From NCBI GenBank assembly GCA_002104945.1, contig MCFH01000083.1, positions 62,001 through 126,000 on the forward strand: a stretch of 64,000 nt of DNA. Direction: 5' to 3'. Below the pieces are notes generated by a model. That model was not told the DNA's origin and did not search any database. It was given only the letters and a program-made list of their open reading frames with translations. Made by a program: the position numbers and the translations under genes. Source of the DNA: Piromyces finnis finn (Eukaryota; Fungi; Neocallimastigomycota). Every line of letters starts with the position of its first letter. The stretch's first letter is position 1. Of the stretch, positions 10,363 to 24,079 are shown in pieces.

Positions 10363-12050
10363 CTACTGCTTCAATTGCTGCTGATGCTTTTATTGCCAAT
10401 GTCTTCCGTTTGCATGGTCTTCCTAATTCCATCATTTCTGATAGAGGCTCGCAATTTACTTCTGATTTCTGGTCAAGACTTTGTGACCTTCTTAATATCA
10501 ATCATTCATTGTCAACTGCTAACCATCCGCAGACAGATGGTCAAACGGAGAGGGTGAACGGCATATTAGAACAATATTTCCGTTGTTTTATCAATAAGAA
10601 GCAGAATAACTGGGTTGATCTTATTCCATTTGCTGAATTTGCATATAATAACACTTTACAGCAATCTATAAATCAATCCCCATTCTTTGCTAATTATGGT
10701 TTTCATCCAAAGTTCAGCTTGGAAATCCCGGCTAATGATAGACCTAGTAGAGCTGAACAAAGAGTAATTGATATGAATAAAAACTTTAAATTATTAAAAG
10801 AAAGCTTAGAAAAAGCAAAAGAAACATATAAGAAATATGCCGATATGAAAAGAATGAGTCCCCCGGAATTTGAAGTGGGAAAGAAGGTATGGTTATTGAA
10901 AGATTCTCCGGGAACTAACTTGAAGAAGAAATTAGCACCTCAAATGCTTGGTCCATTTGAAATAATTGAAAAAGTTAGTTCTCTCGCTTTTAAATTGAAA
11001 CTCCCAAAGACAATGAGATGTCATCCAGTCTTTCATGTCTCATTGTTAGAACCATACTTTGAAAACGAGTTTATAGATAGGTCTAATAGTAGGAAAAGAA
11101 ATATTCATCTTAACACAGATTTAATTGAAAAAATTCCAGAAAAAATTGAGAAGATGAAATCTGTTAATGGTGAGACATTTTATAAGTTATCGTGGAAAGG
11201 ATTTGACAAATCCACTTGGGTTTCTGAAGATCAGATCCCGGACAAACAATTAATACAAGAGTTCGAAAGAAACTCTAAAAAGTCAAAACATAAGTTGAAT
11301 GACTCCTCCATGAGAATAAGAAAGAATAAAGTTGGTAATCTAATTAAGCATAGATACCAACCATTTGTAATTGAAATTCCTTCGAGAAAGGATTCTTTAT
11401 AAATTAATCTCGCAGGAGCTCGACTTAGAGAGAGAGATTGTAAAGATATCAAACGCCACAGATTGATATCTTTAATGTAACTTAAGCCATAAATATCATT
11501 GTTTAAGTTACACGAATTATATTACAGAAAAAGAAAATGGGACATAATTTATTTATTAATAATTAAAGTTTAAAACAAAATAAATTATTAGTTTATTCTT
11601 AATGTTTAACAAATAAATTAAAATTCTCAATTCAAACCCCTAGTTTTAGTATTGTTTTGTAATAGAAATAGACATCTAGTATATAATTATTAAATGTTTA
11701 AATATCAATAATACATGGGCACATATTCAAATTGAATAGTACTTAATTTGAATTGCCAATTGTATTTTACTAAAAATAGTTATAGTTTAAATATTTATTA
11801 ATAATTAAGATTTTAGTGTAGATTATAAATAATAATATATAAGAAATAAATAGTTATAATATAATATAAATGTATTTAGGAAAAATATAAATAGAAGATA
11901 TTTTTCATCATTTTATCGATGTAATTGTTATTAATATAATTTCTATTATAATAAAAGATATTTTTTTAACAAAACAATTTTATATAAATCTTTAGTGTTA
12001 TTGTAATAGAATAGATATCCTAATCTATTCTTTCAGTATTCAACATTACA
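10363..12050 (+). mobile_element. 5'-truncated, more diverged family A copy (integrase core, chromodomain, PPT, 3' LTR 11439-12050)
   Basis: Homology to copy 1 begins abruptly at ~10363 (ctactgct). The same IN-chromodomain peptide carries scattered substitutions; the LTR is TGTAAAG...ATTACA. The first ~24 residues of the ORF-track entry at 10293 are unrelated flanking sequence. Confidence 0.93.
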
Positions 12051-14502
12051 CATTTGAAGAAATACTGACATTGAACTTTGTGTACGGAATATTAGGAATG
12101 TTCCTTTGTCATATTGGTATGCCGTCTGCCCTTTTGATCACTTCAAAAAGTAGTTTCATAGAGCTACTAATGATAGGGATTGTTTTAGTTAGAAAAGCTG
12201 CGAGACCCTCTATATATGGAACAGAAGTCCCAATTAACTGTAAAGGTGTTCATTAAAATATCTTTGTTCCACTTTATCAATTTGAAACTCATCATAAGCT
12301 AAAATTCCACCAAGAAGGAACGTAAAAATATCATTCTAACTTACACATTTATACCACTATTTTATTTCTTCATACTCTTCTTTTTCATATATTTCTCTCT
12401 ACATTTTTCTTTTAGAATAAAAGCTTGTCTTTTCATTATTTTAGTTAAGCATATATACTTCTTTACTATTAAACAACAACAACAACAACGTCATTTTTGA
12501 TGGAAAAACTATTGATGGTACATATATTTAAATATGTTTCATTATAATAAAAATGAAAATATCAATTAATATTTTATATTACCATGATATATTGATTTAT
12601 ATTTATAATTAATATTACTATTTAATAAATCATAAAAAAACGTATAGGATAGTTAAGATATATTAATGATATAAATTAAACTATTTATTAATAAATATAT
12701 AATTTGTTAAATGACTATTAAACTATTCCATATAGATTAAATTTTAAAAAGTTAATAGTTCTATTTCTAATAATGTATACATTTTATTGATATTTTTTTA
12801 TATCGTTTATTATATATATTGCCTTTTTTTGCAATATTTTTTTTTTTTACTTCATTTTATGGAAATACATTATAATATACCTAAAATTAATAATACAACA
12901 TAGTACAGTACTTTTATTAATTTTCTAATAAAATATGTATTAATAAGAATATTTAATGTTTTTCCATTTCTTATGAAATAATAGAAGTTTTATATAAAAA
13001 GATGGTAGTTTTTTTTTGATGATTTAATTAACAAAAAATAAATGATTTAAACCACTTTAAATTAATCAACTATATTAACTCTATATTGATCCATATATTT
13101 ATATTGAAATTAATATATTAAATTAATTTAATTCCATTTATTTAATTAATGTCTTACAAAACCATTGGATGGATGATCTTTATCAAAAAAAAAAAAATTC
13201 AATTCAAAGAAATATTTTTACATTAAATTCAATTTAAATTTTATTATTTAATAGAGTTAATTAATTAAATAAAGATAAATGGTAATAATATATTACTGTA
13301 TATTAAAATTTTTTGATTCATATATTAATTCAATATATTATCATTATTTTAAAATATATTTTATATATTTTTTTAACTAAGGATAAAAAAATTAAATTAA
13401 ATTCAATATATTAAAAAATACACAGTAAAAAGTCTTGTCTTTTCTTTATAAATAAGAAGTATTCAAAAACTTAAAGCCATAATATAATTATTAATATTTA
13501 TTATGTTTATAAGTCATGCTAATGGACTAGTTGTATATTCAGCTAAAATATTATTGTTAATTATCATGAAACTAGACAATGACTGAAATTAATGTATTTT
13601 ACATTTACCATACATTTTAATTTATTTTACATACTTTGTTAATCCAATAAAATAGAGAGTTTGAGTTTATTTTAACCTTAATTTTTATATAAAAAATAAT
13701 ATATTAATAAAATCATAATTCATATTATTTATATTATTAATTTATTAATATATTGTATTTAAATATTTTTATTAGTGCATTGATGCTTAAAATATTAGAA
13801 ATTATAAGTATTACGTCATTCCTTTTAACTCTTTACTTTTTATATATTTCAAATATATTTTTTTTATTAAACCTTAATCTTTTTCTGACAATAAATGCAT
13901 TCATACATTCATAGTATTAAGAGTTGTTTAATTTAGGTTTATAATTATGTCAACTTTATTAATATATTTTATGATAAAGAACTACTTGCGTTACATTCTT
14001 CTAAAACTACATGTATTTATACATTTACATTGTAGCTTAAACATATAATCAAATACAATATATACAAATGCGTTTTAATACATTTCAATACATTTGAATA
14101 CATGTGACATAACGTTTCACATATTCTAACATTCCCCCTCAAACCTAATTTTCTACTAAGTAAAATTTGGTTTGCTGGTGAATATGTGCATTTTATTATT
14201 TCTAAACTATTAACTATAAACTAAATCTAATGTTTAAAATTTTTATATTTCATTAACTGGAATTTAAAATATTTCACATATATTATTCACTAATTGCTTT
14301 AAAGAATTTAAATATTACCCTATAACTTCGTTTTTATGGATAAACTGAAAACCTTTGTATAATTTGGTAGTATTAAAGTTTAAAATTTGGATTGGATATT
14401 CATAAATTATTATACCATCCATTAAGGATTGAAAACCCTTCCGGTTTTACATTATCCTATAAACTATATTGGTAATCTCTCTGAGATTTACACAGAATTA
14501 TA

Positions 14503-14735
14503 GACAACACATGGTTTATCTCTTTGATTTTACGTCCTTATGACAACGCATGGTTTACCTCTTTGGTTTTACGTTTTCTTAACAACTCATGGTTAACCTT
14601 TGATTTTACGTCCTTATGACAACACATATGGATAACTCTTTTTGGTTTTACGTTCTCTTAACAACCTATGGTTAATCTTCTTGGTTTTACGTTCTTCGGA
14701 CAACCTATGGATAACTCTCTGGTTTTATGTCCTTA
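14503..14735. repeat. Six imperfect ~37-41-bp tandem repeats (ACAAC-N-ATGG...TTTTACGT)
   Basis: Repeated core acaac..atggtt..ctctttggttttacgt read directly from the sequence. Confidence 0.85.
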
Positions 14736-16690
14736 TAATTACAATTTTCTTTAGAATATTAGCATAATTGTATTTCAATCTATTTGTAAATACTAATTAA
14801 TAATGGTAAAATTTTAATTAAATTCTTAATAGTTATTTAGTTTATGTATATTGAATTTTAACATTTTCTTTTAGGTGTTTTTCCTTCCTTTTATGCCTTT
14901 TGTATTGATTAATTATTCTTATAATATTTAAGAATATTTTACTTTGTATTTGAAATTTTGTTCTTTTCATTTTTACATATTGAATCTTATAAATTTTTAC
15001 AATTTGAATTTCAATTCATTCTATTTATTAAGCCTTAGTTTCTATGCAATGTTTTAGTTATTTCCAATGTTTAACTAGAAACAAAAATTATTATCTTGAA
15101 TTTTAAATTTCGTATATTCACTACTTCCCCCTCAAATCTAGATGTTTAGTAATAAATACTTAGATTTGAAAATGAGAAATTTAAATTTCATAAAATTTCA
15201 TTCATTTTGCATCAAATTTTCATAATAATGAATAATTTTCCATAACATATACGATAAGTATTAATACCTATATAAATAATAAATAACATATTCTAATGTT
15301 TTCATTCATTTTTCTCAATTGCCTATCCTTTAAAATATAGTGAAATAATATTTTCATGATAATATATTTTAATGTAGTGATAATCATAGAATATCAAACT
15401 AATGAATAAAATATTCCTCAATTAAGTATTTCTTTACTTCAAATTAAAATAAGTAGATATACCAGTAAAATTATAACAAGTTAATATTGTAAGATAATGA
15501 CATTTAAAATATCGATTGTTGAAGAGAATAAAGTTCTTCTAAATTATATCGAAGTTGGCTCGGTTAATTAGAATGTCAGCTAATTGGTTGGCGATCACTC
15601 ACTACGTTGAAAGTGGCGATTTATATATGAGGTTACTAAATCACCGTAAATTATATTTTAAAACGGCGTCACAACATTCTTGAATGTTGGTAATAAATAA
15701 ATATGATGAATCAATGTCATCTAAATCTAAGGAGCCCTTACTATGAAGGTGCTACATTGTTATTGATGGGACCAAATTAAATATATATAGGTCTAAAACC
15801 ATCATTAATAATTATCTATGAATATAACTCATTTCACGCTAAGTTAAATCATGATAAGTTGTTAAAATATTATTGAATATACCCATTTCACGCTAGGTTA
15901 TTCAAAGTATATATATATGTAGAATATGCTCATTTCACGCTAAGCATTTCTAACTTTAATAAATTACCTCATTTGAAATATTTGCTATGTATATTAGCAA
16001 TAACAGCCTACGGGATGAGCATTTGACCAGTAATATATTTGCTTTATAGGTAGCAATAATTTAAATAATGCTTTTGAGGCTAAATATTATCTTAAAGTAT
16101 TGTTATAATGATTTAATTCAAAGAATAGTATACTGGATTAAATTATATAATACTGATTTGAGTGAAATTATCATAAAGAAATTGATTGACATTTTCACAA
16201 GGATAGTTTCAATGTTTATTGCATAATTTCATTACAATAGGGTATTTTATACAAACTTATCAAATAATGTTTAATTATTCTAATTCATGTTTCTAATTGT
16301 ATAAATTTTATGTATTTTCTTTATGTTCTATCTTTCCTCTATGGCGGAAAGAATATTTTCTCATTAAAATAGTAGTAGTTAAAGTATTTGAATATTTCAC
16401 AAACAATTTATTTACTTGAAATAAATATGTATGCTTTCAATAACAATAATGCTATTTTATGAATGTTAATAAAACTAGTTCTTTTGAAAATAAGATGAAA
16501 TATTGGTAAATATATGTAATTATGTGTTCATGAATATTTGTGAATGGATATTTTAATAACTGGATATATGGATATTTAATGTTATTGTATGCAAATTGAC
16601 ATAATGAGTAGATCAATATCAAGTTGAATAATCTTCATGCTATATAATAAACTTTATATCTTCCTAAATTATATTTTAACTATTTTCTTG

Positions 16691-17465
16691 TCAGAAGTGA
16701 GTTCTTTGACAAATAAATTTAACAACATCTATATATGGTCTTAATAGTTCTGGAACAATTAAAACATTTTCGGTTTGATAGTTTTCGAGAGTACAGCAAA
16801 AAGTATGTCCGTTAGCACAAAGAGTACCGTTTAATAAGTGAACGTAGTTCTTAACATGGGAGTTCATCTTCTTAACACCAAACATGTTACCTAAGTTTCT
16901 AGATTGGTAATCAGTATAGTTACGACAACTATCTAATTCCTTGTATTCAGGTTGGAATGGAAAATAAGCTTAAAGATCGTGTTTCTTAGTAGCAGCATTG
17001 TTTATGACATCAGAAACAATGGCAATAACGTGATATGGAAGTTTAAGAGATTGGTAGAAATCTTCAGTAGTACTAATTAATTGTTCTAATTCTTCCCAGC
17101 TCTTTTCTGATTGACAAAAATGGATTGCTCAATCTTTTCGAATTAGTTAATGCTGGAAAAGACCCTAAGTATTTTTGCTGTGAGCACCAGCTTTCTTTTT
17201 GAAACAAATTGAATAACTAGTATCTCTGACTAATAATTACTTTTCTGGTTCACTGAACCATTTACCACCATAGAAAGTACTGATTGGTTGTTCACTAACA
17301 TTTTGGTTCTGGATCATCATTAACTTTAGAAACCATGTATAATTCTTCATCAATATCAGATAATTGAGCTGTCTTGGTCATAACATCACTCTTCATAAGG
17401 AGTGGAATTAGAATCTTTCTGTAACCACGCTTCTTAAGGAAATATAAACCATATAGGATTTCTAA
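16691..17465 (-). pseudogene. SES1: Intronless, decayed C-terminal ~255 codons of cytosolic seryl-tRNA synthetase
   Basis: Minus-strand translation with stops and frameshifts: YGLYFLKKRGY, KTAQLSDIDEELY, SEQPISTF, EDFYQSLKLPYHVIAIVS, NNAATKKHDL*AYFPFQPEYKELDSCRNYTDYQSR, KNYVHLLNGTLCA, LENYQTENVLIVPELLRPY. These match SerRS motif regions. Confidence 0.9.
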
Positions 17466-18706
17466 TTTCATCAGTGTTAAGATCCATATTGGAGATATTA
17501 CATATTACAATTTTCAATATATATCATAATTGATAAATACTAATTTTCATAATTGTGTTCTCATATCCTTTCTTTAGATAATGGATGTAGAGATCTTTAT
17601 AAAATTTTGCTTTATTATAGAAGTAATATGGAATGCTAGGAAATATTCTTTTTGTTACATAAATTTTAAAATTATCCTGATAAATAATCTAAGCTTAAGG
17701 AACTTATTTATTCAAATTTCACATATTATATTCTTAATGTTAATACTACTATATCATATCTTCTTGAGAATAGAAGTTTTGTTACAATTGATATTATGTC
17801 TATATTCAAGGAATATTAAATTTACTGAAAGCTTTTTGTAGTTTACTATTGACGATTTGTTTTAAGCTACAAAGTTATCAAATCAATATAGTGATATAGG
17901 TATTGTTCCTTGGGGGTTTAAGCTATTTATTTATATTTAATTTGATTTGTATATTTTCTGAGTTTGTTGAATTCAAAATAATTTAAATTTTAGTAATTTA
18001 CCAGTTTTCGGAAATTTAATGTTTAAATTCTATCACTGTAGATTAACTTATATCATATTAGAAAATATACTACTTTCTATGTTTTATTTATCAGATTGAT
18101 TATTTCCTTATTTTCTATATTAAGTTACTTCGAATCTTTTATTTATGGCGAAAATAATATTTCAATCTTAAAATTTTGAAATCTCAAATTTTAGATCTCA
18201 AGATAATTTTACCAAACATAGAAAATTTCAGATTAAATAATTTAGTTCTGATAGTTACTTGCGTTACATTCTTCTAAAACTACATGTATTTATACATTTA
18301 CATTGTGGCTTAAACATATAATCAAATACAATATATACAAATGCGTTTTAATACATTTCAATACATTTGAATACATGTGACATAACGTTTCACATATTCT
18401 AACATTAGAAAAACAATTTTTACAAATATAGAAATTTTTCTATATGAGTAATATATTGAAATTATTACTTTTAAGAATGGAATATTCGAAACTCTTACTA
18501 ATATTTATATAATATATAAAAAATTGTAAAAAAGCATTATTTATTAATATAGTTATTATTTACTGTACTGTTCTAATATTATGATTTACTATTTTAACTA
18601 TTATTTTAAAATAAAAATATTCATAAAAAGTCCACCTAAGTTAAGAAAAGATAAAAAAAATACTTCCTAATAAAGAAATTCTTAATAAATCAACAAAAAA
18701 TATTCA

Positions 18707-18806
18707 AATTTAAATGTAACCAATGATAATTGAAAAGAATATCTAAATAAAAAATTAATAAATTAAATGTAACCAATGATAATTGAAAGGAATAACTAAA
18801 TAAAAA
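18707..18806 (+). repeat. Tandem duplication (53-bp period), each copy with a CCAAT box, ~1 kb upstream of the ABC transporter
   Basis: taaatgtaaccaatgataattgaaa(a/g)gaata occurs twice; CCAAT at 18720 and 18773. Confidence 0.6.
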
Positions 18807-19749
18807 TATATATCAATTATTAGTAATATAAATTAAAAAGAATATTCATTTTTAATTAATATATTAATTATGCCATATATTATTAAAGATTTTCTTTATA
18901 TTATTATTATAATTGAATAATATATTCAAAAGGCAAATCAACAATTGCGTATTTTTTATATTAAAATATCAACAAAACTTACAAATATAATTATTATTAT
19001 TAATTATTATTATTATTACAAAGTGGATATTTATTATTATTATTATTATTTATTATTATTATTACAAAGTGGATATTTATTATTATTATTTATTATTATT
19101 TATTATTATTTATTATTAATTATTATTTACTATTTTAGTTAGCTAAAAGTTGATATATTTATTATTAATAATTAATTAACTAAAATAATAAATAATAAGA
19201 AATAGTGTGATTATTTTAAATTGCTTATATAATACTATTAAATATTTTCATTATATCTCTTGATTAAAGAAAAATAATTGAATAAAATATAATAATTATA
19301 ATAAATCATGAAAGTTATTATATTAGTAATGGAGAATATATTGTTTTACTACAAATTTAGCCAATGTATTCAATATGAATATTTTTATTTTCCTATGTAT
19401 TATTAATTTTATTGGTTATGCTTTTAACTACTATTTCTGGGGTACTGAAGTTTATTTAATTTAATATTTCAAAATAAATATTAATTAATTACAATAAATT
19501 AATAATAAATGCATTATATTAAAAATAAATAATAAATAGCTTATGAAGTTTCTAATCAAAAAAAAAATATAAATATAGAAAAAAAGTTGTATTATCTTAA
19601 ATGTAAAAAAACAAAAAAAAACAAAAAATACTATCAATTATATATAGAAAATATATAAAATCATATAAAAATAATAATTTAGTTTATATTACATAGCAAA
19701 GTTATCTTATAAAAAATAATTAATAATAGAAAAAATAATTATTTTAATA

Positions 19750-22700
19750 ATGAAAAATAAAAAAGATAAAAGTAATAAGGAAAAAAAAGTTAATAATTCA
19801 AGCGATAATAATGAAATTAAAAAGGTTTCATTTTTTGAATTATTTAAATATTCAAGTATTAGAGAAAAGTTTTTACTTCTTTTAGGAGTTATATTTTCTA
19901 TTTTACAGGGTTTATCTCTTCCATTAATGTAATAATAATAATATAAAATTTTATAAGAATTATTATATTATTGTAATATTTAATTTTATTAAAAATAAAT
20001 ATATTAAAATAAATACACTATTATATTTTTACTATTAATACAATTAAATATTGCAATACTAAACAAAAAATTAAATTCTCATCAATTAATTATAATATAT
20101 ATAATTATTTTTTAAATATAGGTATTATTTTATGGGGGATTTAATGAATGTTTTTTTTTCACTTATTGTTAATATTTCTGTAAAAAGTACTTCAGGTATT
20201 CAAGATGATAATATATTAGAAGAATTTATTAATATTGGCAATCTTAGTAATAGCACTATTCAATATGCAAAATTCGAGGAGTTTAATAAAAAATATCCAG
20301 AGATTGATACTATCACTATAGGCCAAAAATTAGGATCTTCTCAACATAGTAATACCAGTACTTTTAGCGGAAATTATCGTTTTATGCCTATTGAAGATAT
20401 TAACCATGAATTATACAAGTACTTGATTATTTACTTGGGCATTGGATTAGCATCATTTATAGCTTCATTTATTTTCTATTCATGTTTTAGTATTACATCT
20501 ACTCGTCAGGTATCTCGAATTCGTAGTTTAGTTTTCCAATCCTTGATGAAACAAGATATCTTCTGGTACGAAAAAACAAGTCCAGGTGAATTAACATCTA
20601 GAATGATCAGTGATACTATTTTAATTGAAGAAGGCATTGGTGTAAAAGTAGGCTTATTTTTACAAAATTTGACAACGTTCATTGCCTGTTATGCTATTGC
20701 ATGTATTAGCGGATGGAAGTTGACATTAAACATGGCAATTGTATTGCCAGTAATTCTTATAGCTACTATAATTATGGGTATTATTTTAACTATATATACT
20801 AAAAAATCACAGAAAGTCTATGGAGAATTGGGTGGAATTGCACAAGAAGCCTTTTCCCAAATACGTACTATTGTTTCTTTCGGTAATGAACAAAATGAAA
20901 TTGATCGTTATACTAATAAGTTAAAGCCAACAAAAAAATATGGATTTATTATTTCTCAAGTAAATGCATTAGGTGTTGGTTTTATTTTTGCAGCAGTATA
21001 TTCAATTTTCTGTGTTGCTTTTATTAAAGGTTCCCAATTTATTCACGATAATGAAATGGATAGTGGTTCTGTACTTAAAGTCTTTATGACTGTAATCATG
21101 GGATCGGGAATGTTATCAGCTTGTAGTAGCTATTTGACAGCTTTCACTCAAGCTGTTGGAGCTGCTTCAAAGTTATTTTCCATTATTGAAAGAAAACCAG
21201 AGACTGATGCAGACCAAGGGGAAATACCAAACCATTCTATTAAAGGTTCTATAGAATTTCGTAATGTTCATTTTACTTATCCATCAAGACCAGATATAGA
21301 AATCTTAAAGGGTATTAGTTTTACATGTAAGCCAGGTAAAACTATTGCACTTGTAGGTTCTTCTGGTTCAGGAAAATCTACAATCATTCAACTTTTAGAA
21401 AGATATTATAATAAAAGTGAAGGTGATATTATTATTGACGGAAAAAAAATAGAAAATTATAGTATAAAGTGGTTACGTTCACAAATTGGTTTAGTTTCAC
21501 AAGAGCCAATTTTATTTAATGCTACTATTGCTGAAAATATTTCTATAGCTTGTCCAAATGCTACCAAAGAAGAAATTGAAGAAGCTGCTAAACTAGCTAA
21601 TGCTCATGATTTTATTACTAAATTACCAAATGGATATAATACAAATGCTGGTGAAAGAGGATTACAATTAAGTGGTGGTCAAAAGCAACGTATTTGCATT
21701 GCTCGTGCACTTATAATGAACCCTAAAATCTTATTACTAGATGAAGCTACTTCGGCTTTAGATAATCAATCTGAAAAAATAATTCAATCTGCTCTAGAAG
21801 TTGCCTCTTCTGGAAGAACTACAATTGTTATTGCTCATCGTCTTTCTACTATTAAAAATGCAGACTGTATTATTGTTATGGATAAAGGAATAATTACTGA
21901 AACTGGAAATCATGATGAATTGATGATGAAACAAGGAATTTATTACAAGTTAGTAAAAAGTCAAGATATGAATGTGGTAGAAAGTGATAATGAAGAAGAA
22001 AGTGATGAAATAAAACAAGATGAAGAAGAAGAATATAAAAATAATATTAATATGAATTTTAACGATATGTTTAATAATGAGGAAAATGAAGATATCTCTA
22101 GTAAATATTTATTAAATAAACGTGAATCAACAATTTTATCTCGTATACATACTAACCTCTCTAGTAATGGTTCTATTGAATATAATAAGAATAGTAGTAA
22201 TGATACTAAAATGAAAAAATCAAAGAAAAATGGTAATAATATGGATTGGAAACGCTATTTGCATTATAATAAGCCTGTATGGTGGGCTATCTTATTAGGT
22301 GTCCTTGGATCTATTTTAACTGGTTGTATCCAGCCAGTTTATGCTTTCCTTATGGCTTCAGCTATGAATGCTTTCAATAAACAAGGTGATGAACTATTAG
22401 ACGAAGGTCGTTACTGGGGTCTATTATTTTTGTTATTTAGTGGACTTATTTTCTTTGCTTATTATTTCCAATTAAGTGGTTATGGTACTTCTGGTGAATA
22501 TTTATCTTATACCTTCCGAAAATTAATGTATAATTCTATGATAAGACAAGAAATTGGATTCTTTGATTCTAATGAAATAAATTCATTAAATAAAAGCAAA
22601 AAAAATAAAACAAATTCTATTGATACTAATAATGCTAATAATTCAGGCGGTGCTGTAAGTACAGGAACATTAACAACAAAATTAACAACTGAAACAAGTT

Positions 22701-24079
22701 TAGTACAAGGATTAAACAATAATATTGGTTATATATTTGAAATTTGTGTCACAATGATAGTTGGTTTTGCTATTGCATTCTTTAATAGTTGGAAATTGAC
22801 TTTAATTTTATTCTGTACCATTCCACTTATATTTTCTGGTACAATTTTAGAATTAAAAACAAGTCAAGATAAAAACGAAGAAAAACGTCAAATTTATGAA
22901 ACAAGTACAAATATTGCTGTTGAATCAATTGTTAGTGTAAAGACTGTTTATGCACTTAATTTACAAAAGTATTTTAGTAAACTTTATGATAATAGCTTAG
23001 TAAAGTCTAAAAAAAGTCTCGAACGTAAATATTATATTAATGCATTTGGAAATGGTTTCAGTAATGCTGTAAATTTCATTTCTTATGCTTTTGGTTTCTA
23101 CTTTGGTTATATATTTGTTAAAAATGGTGAAATAGAATTCCAAAATATGTTTAGAGTTTTGATGGTAATTATTTTATCTACCGCTTCCATTGGTATTGCA
23201 AGTTCATCTGTACCAGACTACAAAAAAGCTGAAGAAGCTTTTGGCCAAGTTTTAAAAATAATTGACCGTCATTCTAAAATTGATGCAAATAGTCCAGAAG
23301 GAACAAAAAAAGATAAATTTGAAGGAAATATTATGTTCGATCGTCTTCGTTTTTCTTACCCATCCCGTCCAAATATTCCAGTATTACGTATGGGCAATAA
23401 TAAAATAAAAGTAGCTCAAGGAACAAATTTAGCTATTGTTGGTGGTTCTGGTTGTGGTAAAAGTACACTTATTGGATTATTATTACGTTGGTATGATGCT
23501 CAACATGGTGAAATATTAATTGATAATATAAAAAATAATAATTATAATATTAAATGGTTACGTAAGCAAATGGGTATTGTTAATCAAGAGCCTAATCTCT
23601 TTAATGTATCCATTAAAGATAACATTCGCTATGGAAAAGAAAATGCTACTGAAGAAGAAATTATTAATGCTGCTAAAAAAGCAAATATTCATGATTTTAT
23701 TGTTTCATTACCAGATGGTTACAACACTTTAGTTGGAGGTATAGGTACTTCTCAAATGAGTGGAGGACAAAAACAACGTATTGCTATTGCCCGTGCTATG
23801 ATTCGTAATCCAAAAATCTTGTTACTAGATGAAGCTACATCTGCTCTAGATGCTGAATCAGAAATTATTATTCAAAAAGATTTAGAAGAAGCTTCCAAAA
23901 ATCGTACAACTATAACTATTGCTCATCGTTTATCAACTATTAAGAATGCTGATATAATCATTGTTATGAAAGAAGGTAGAATATTAGAAATGGGTAATCA
24001 TAAAGAATTAATGGAACAAAAGGGTGAATATTATGAAATGGTTTTAGCTGGTGATAGTAGTGCTGGTAATGCTAATTAA
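19750..24079 (+). CDS. Full-length ABCB (MDR/P-glycoprotein-like) transporter, join(19750..19928,20122..24079)
   Basis: TMD-NBD-TMD-NBD; Walker A GSSGSGKST and GGSGCGKST; signatures LSGGQKQRI and MSGGQKQRI; LLLDEATSALD twice. A GT-AG intron at 19929-20121 joins LPL-M-YYFMGDL in frame. Confidence 0.95.

Larger units (their letters stand above)
13983..18404 (-). mobile_element. Non-autonomous LTR element (149-bp LTRs, Copia-like PPT) carrying a captured gene fragment
   Basis: Direct repeats at 13983-14131 and 18256-18404 differ at one base that I could see. The minus strand starts TGTTAG; PPT GAGGGGGAA at 14132-14140; TATCAGA (tRNA-iMet PBS-like core) follows the 5' LTR. No intact gag/pol ORF and no clear TSD. 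Confidence 0.8.

Noticed and set aside
12051-12350. ORF 12071-12256 and a slightly GC-richer patch after the truncated LTR
   Set aside because: No recognisable protein in any frame I translated; probably a decayed fragment.
14503-14735. CRISPR-like array (also considered 15830-15942 and 53031-53170)
   Set aside because: Repeats are tandem or degenerate without unique constant-length spacers, there are no cas genes, and the context is eukaryotic.
17581-17841. 86-aa ORF in the non-autonomous element, and 61852-62049 next to copy 2
   Set aside because: Low-complexity I/L/F/N composition typical of chance ORFs in AT-rich DNA.
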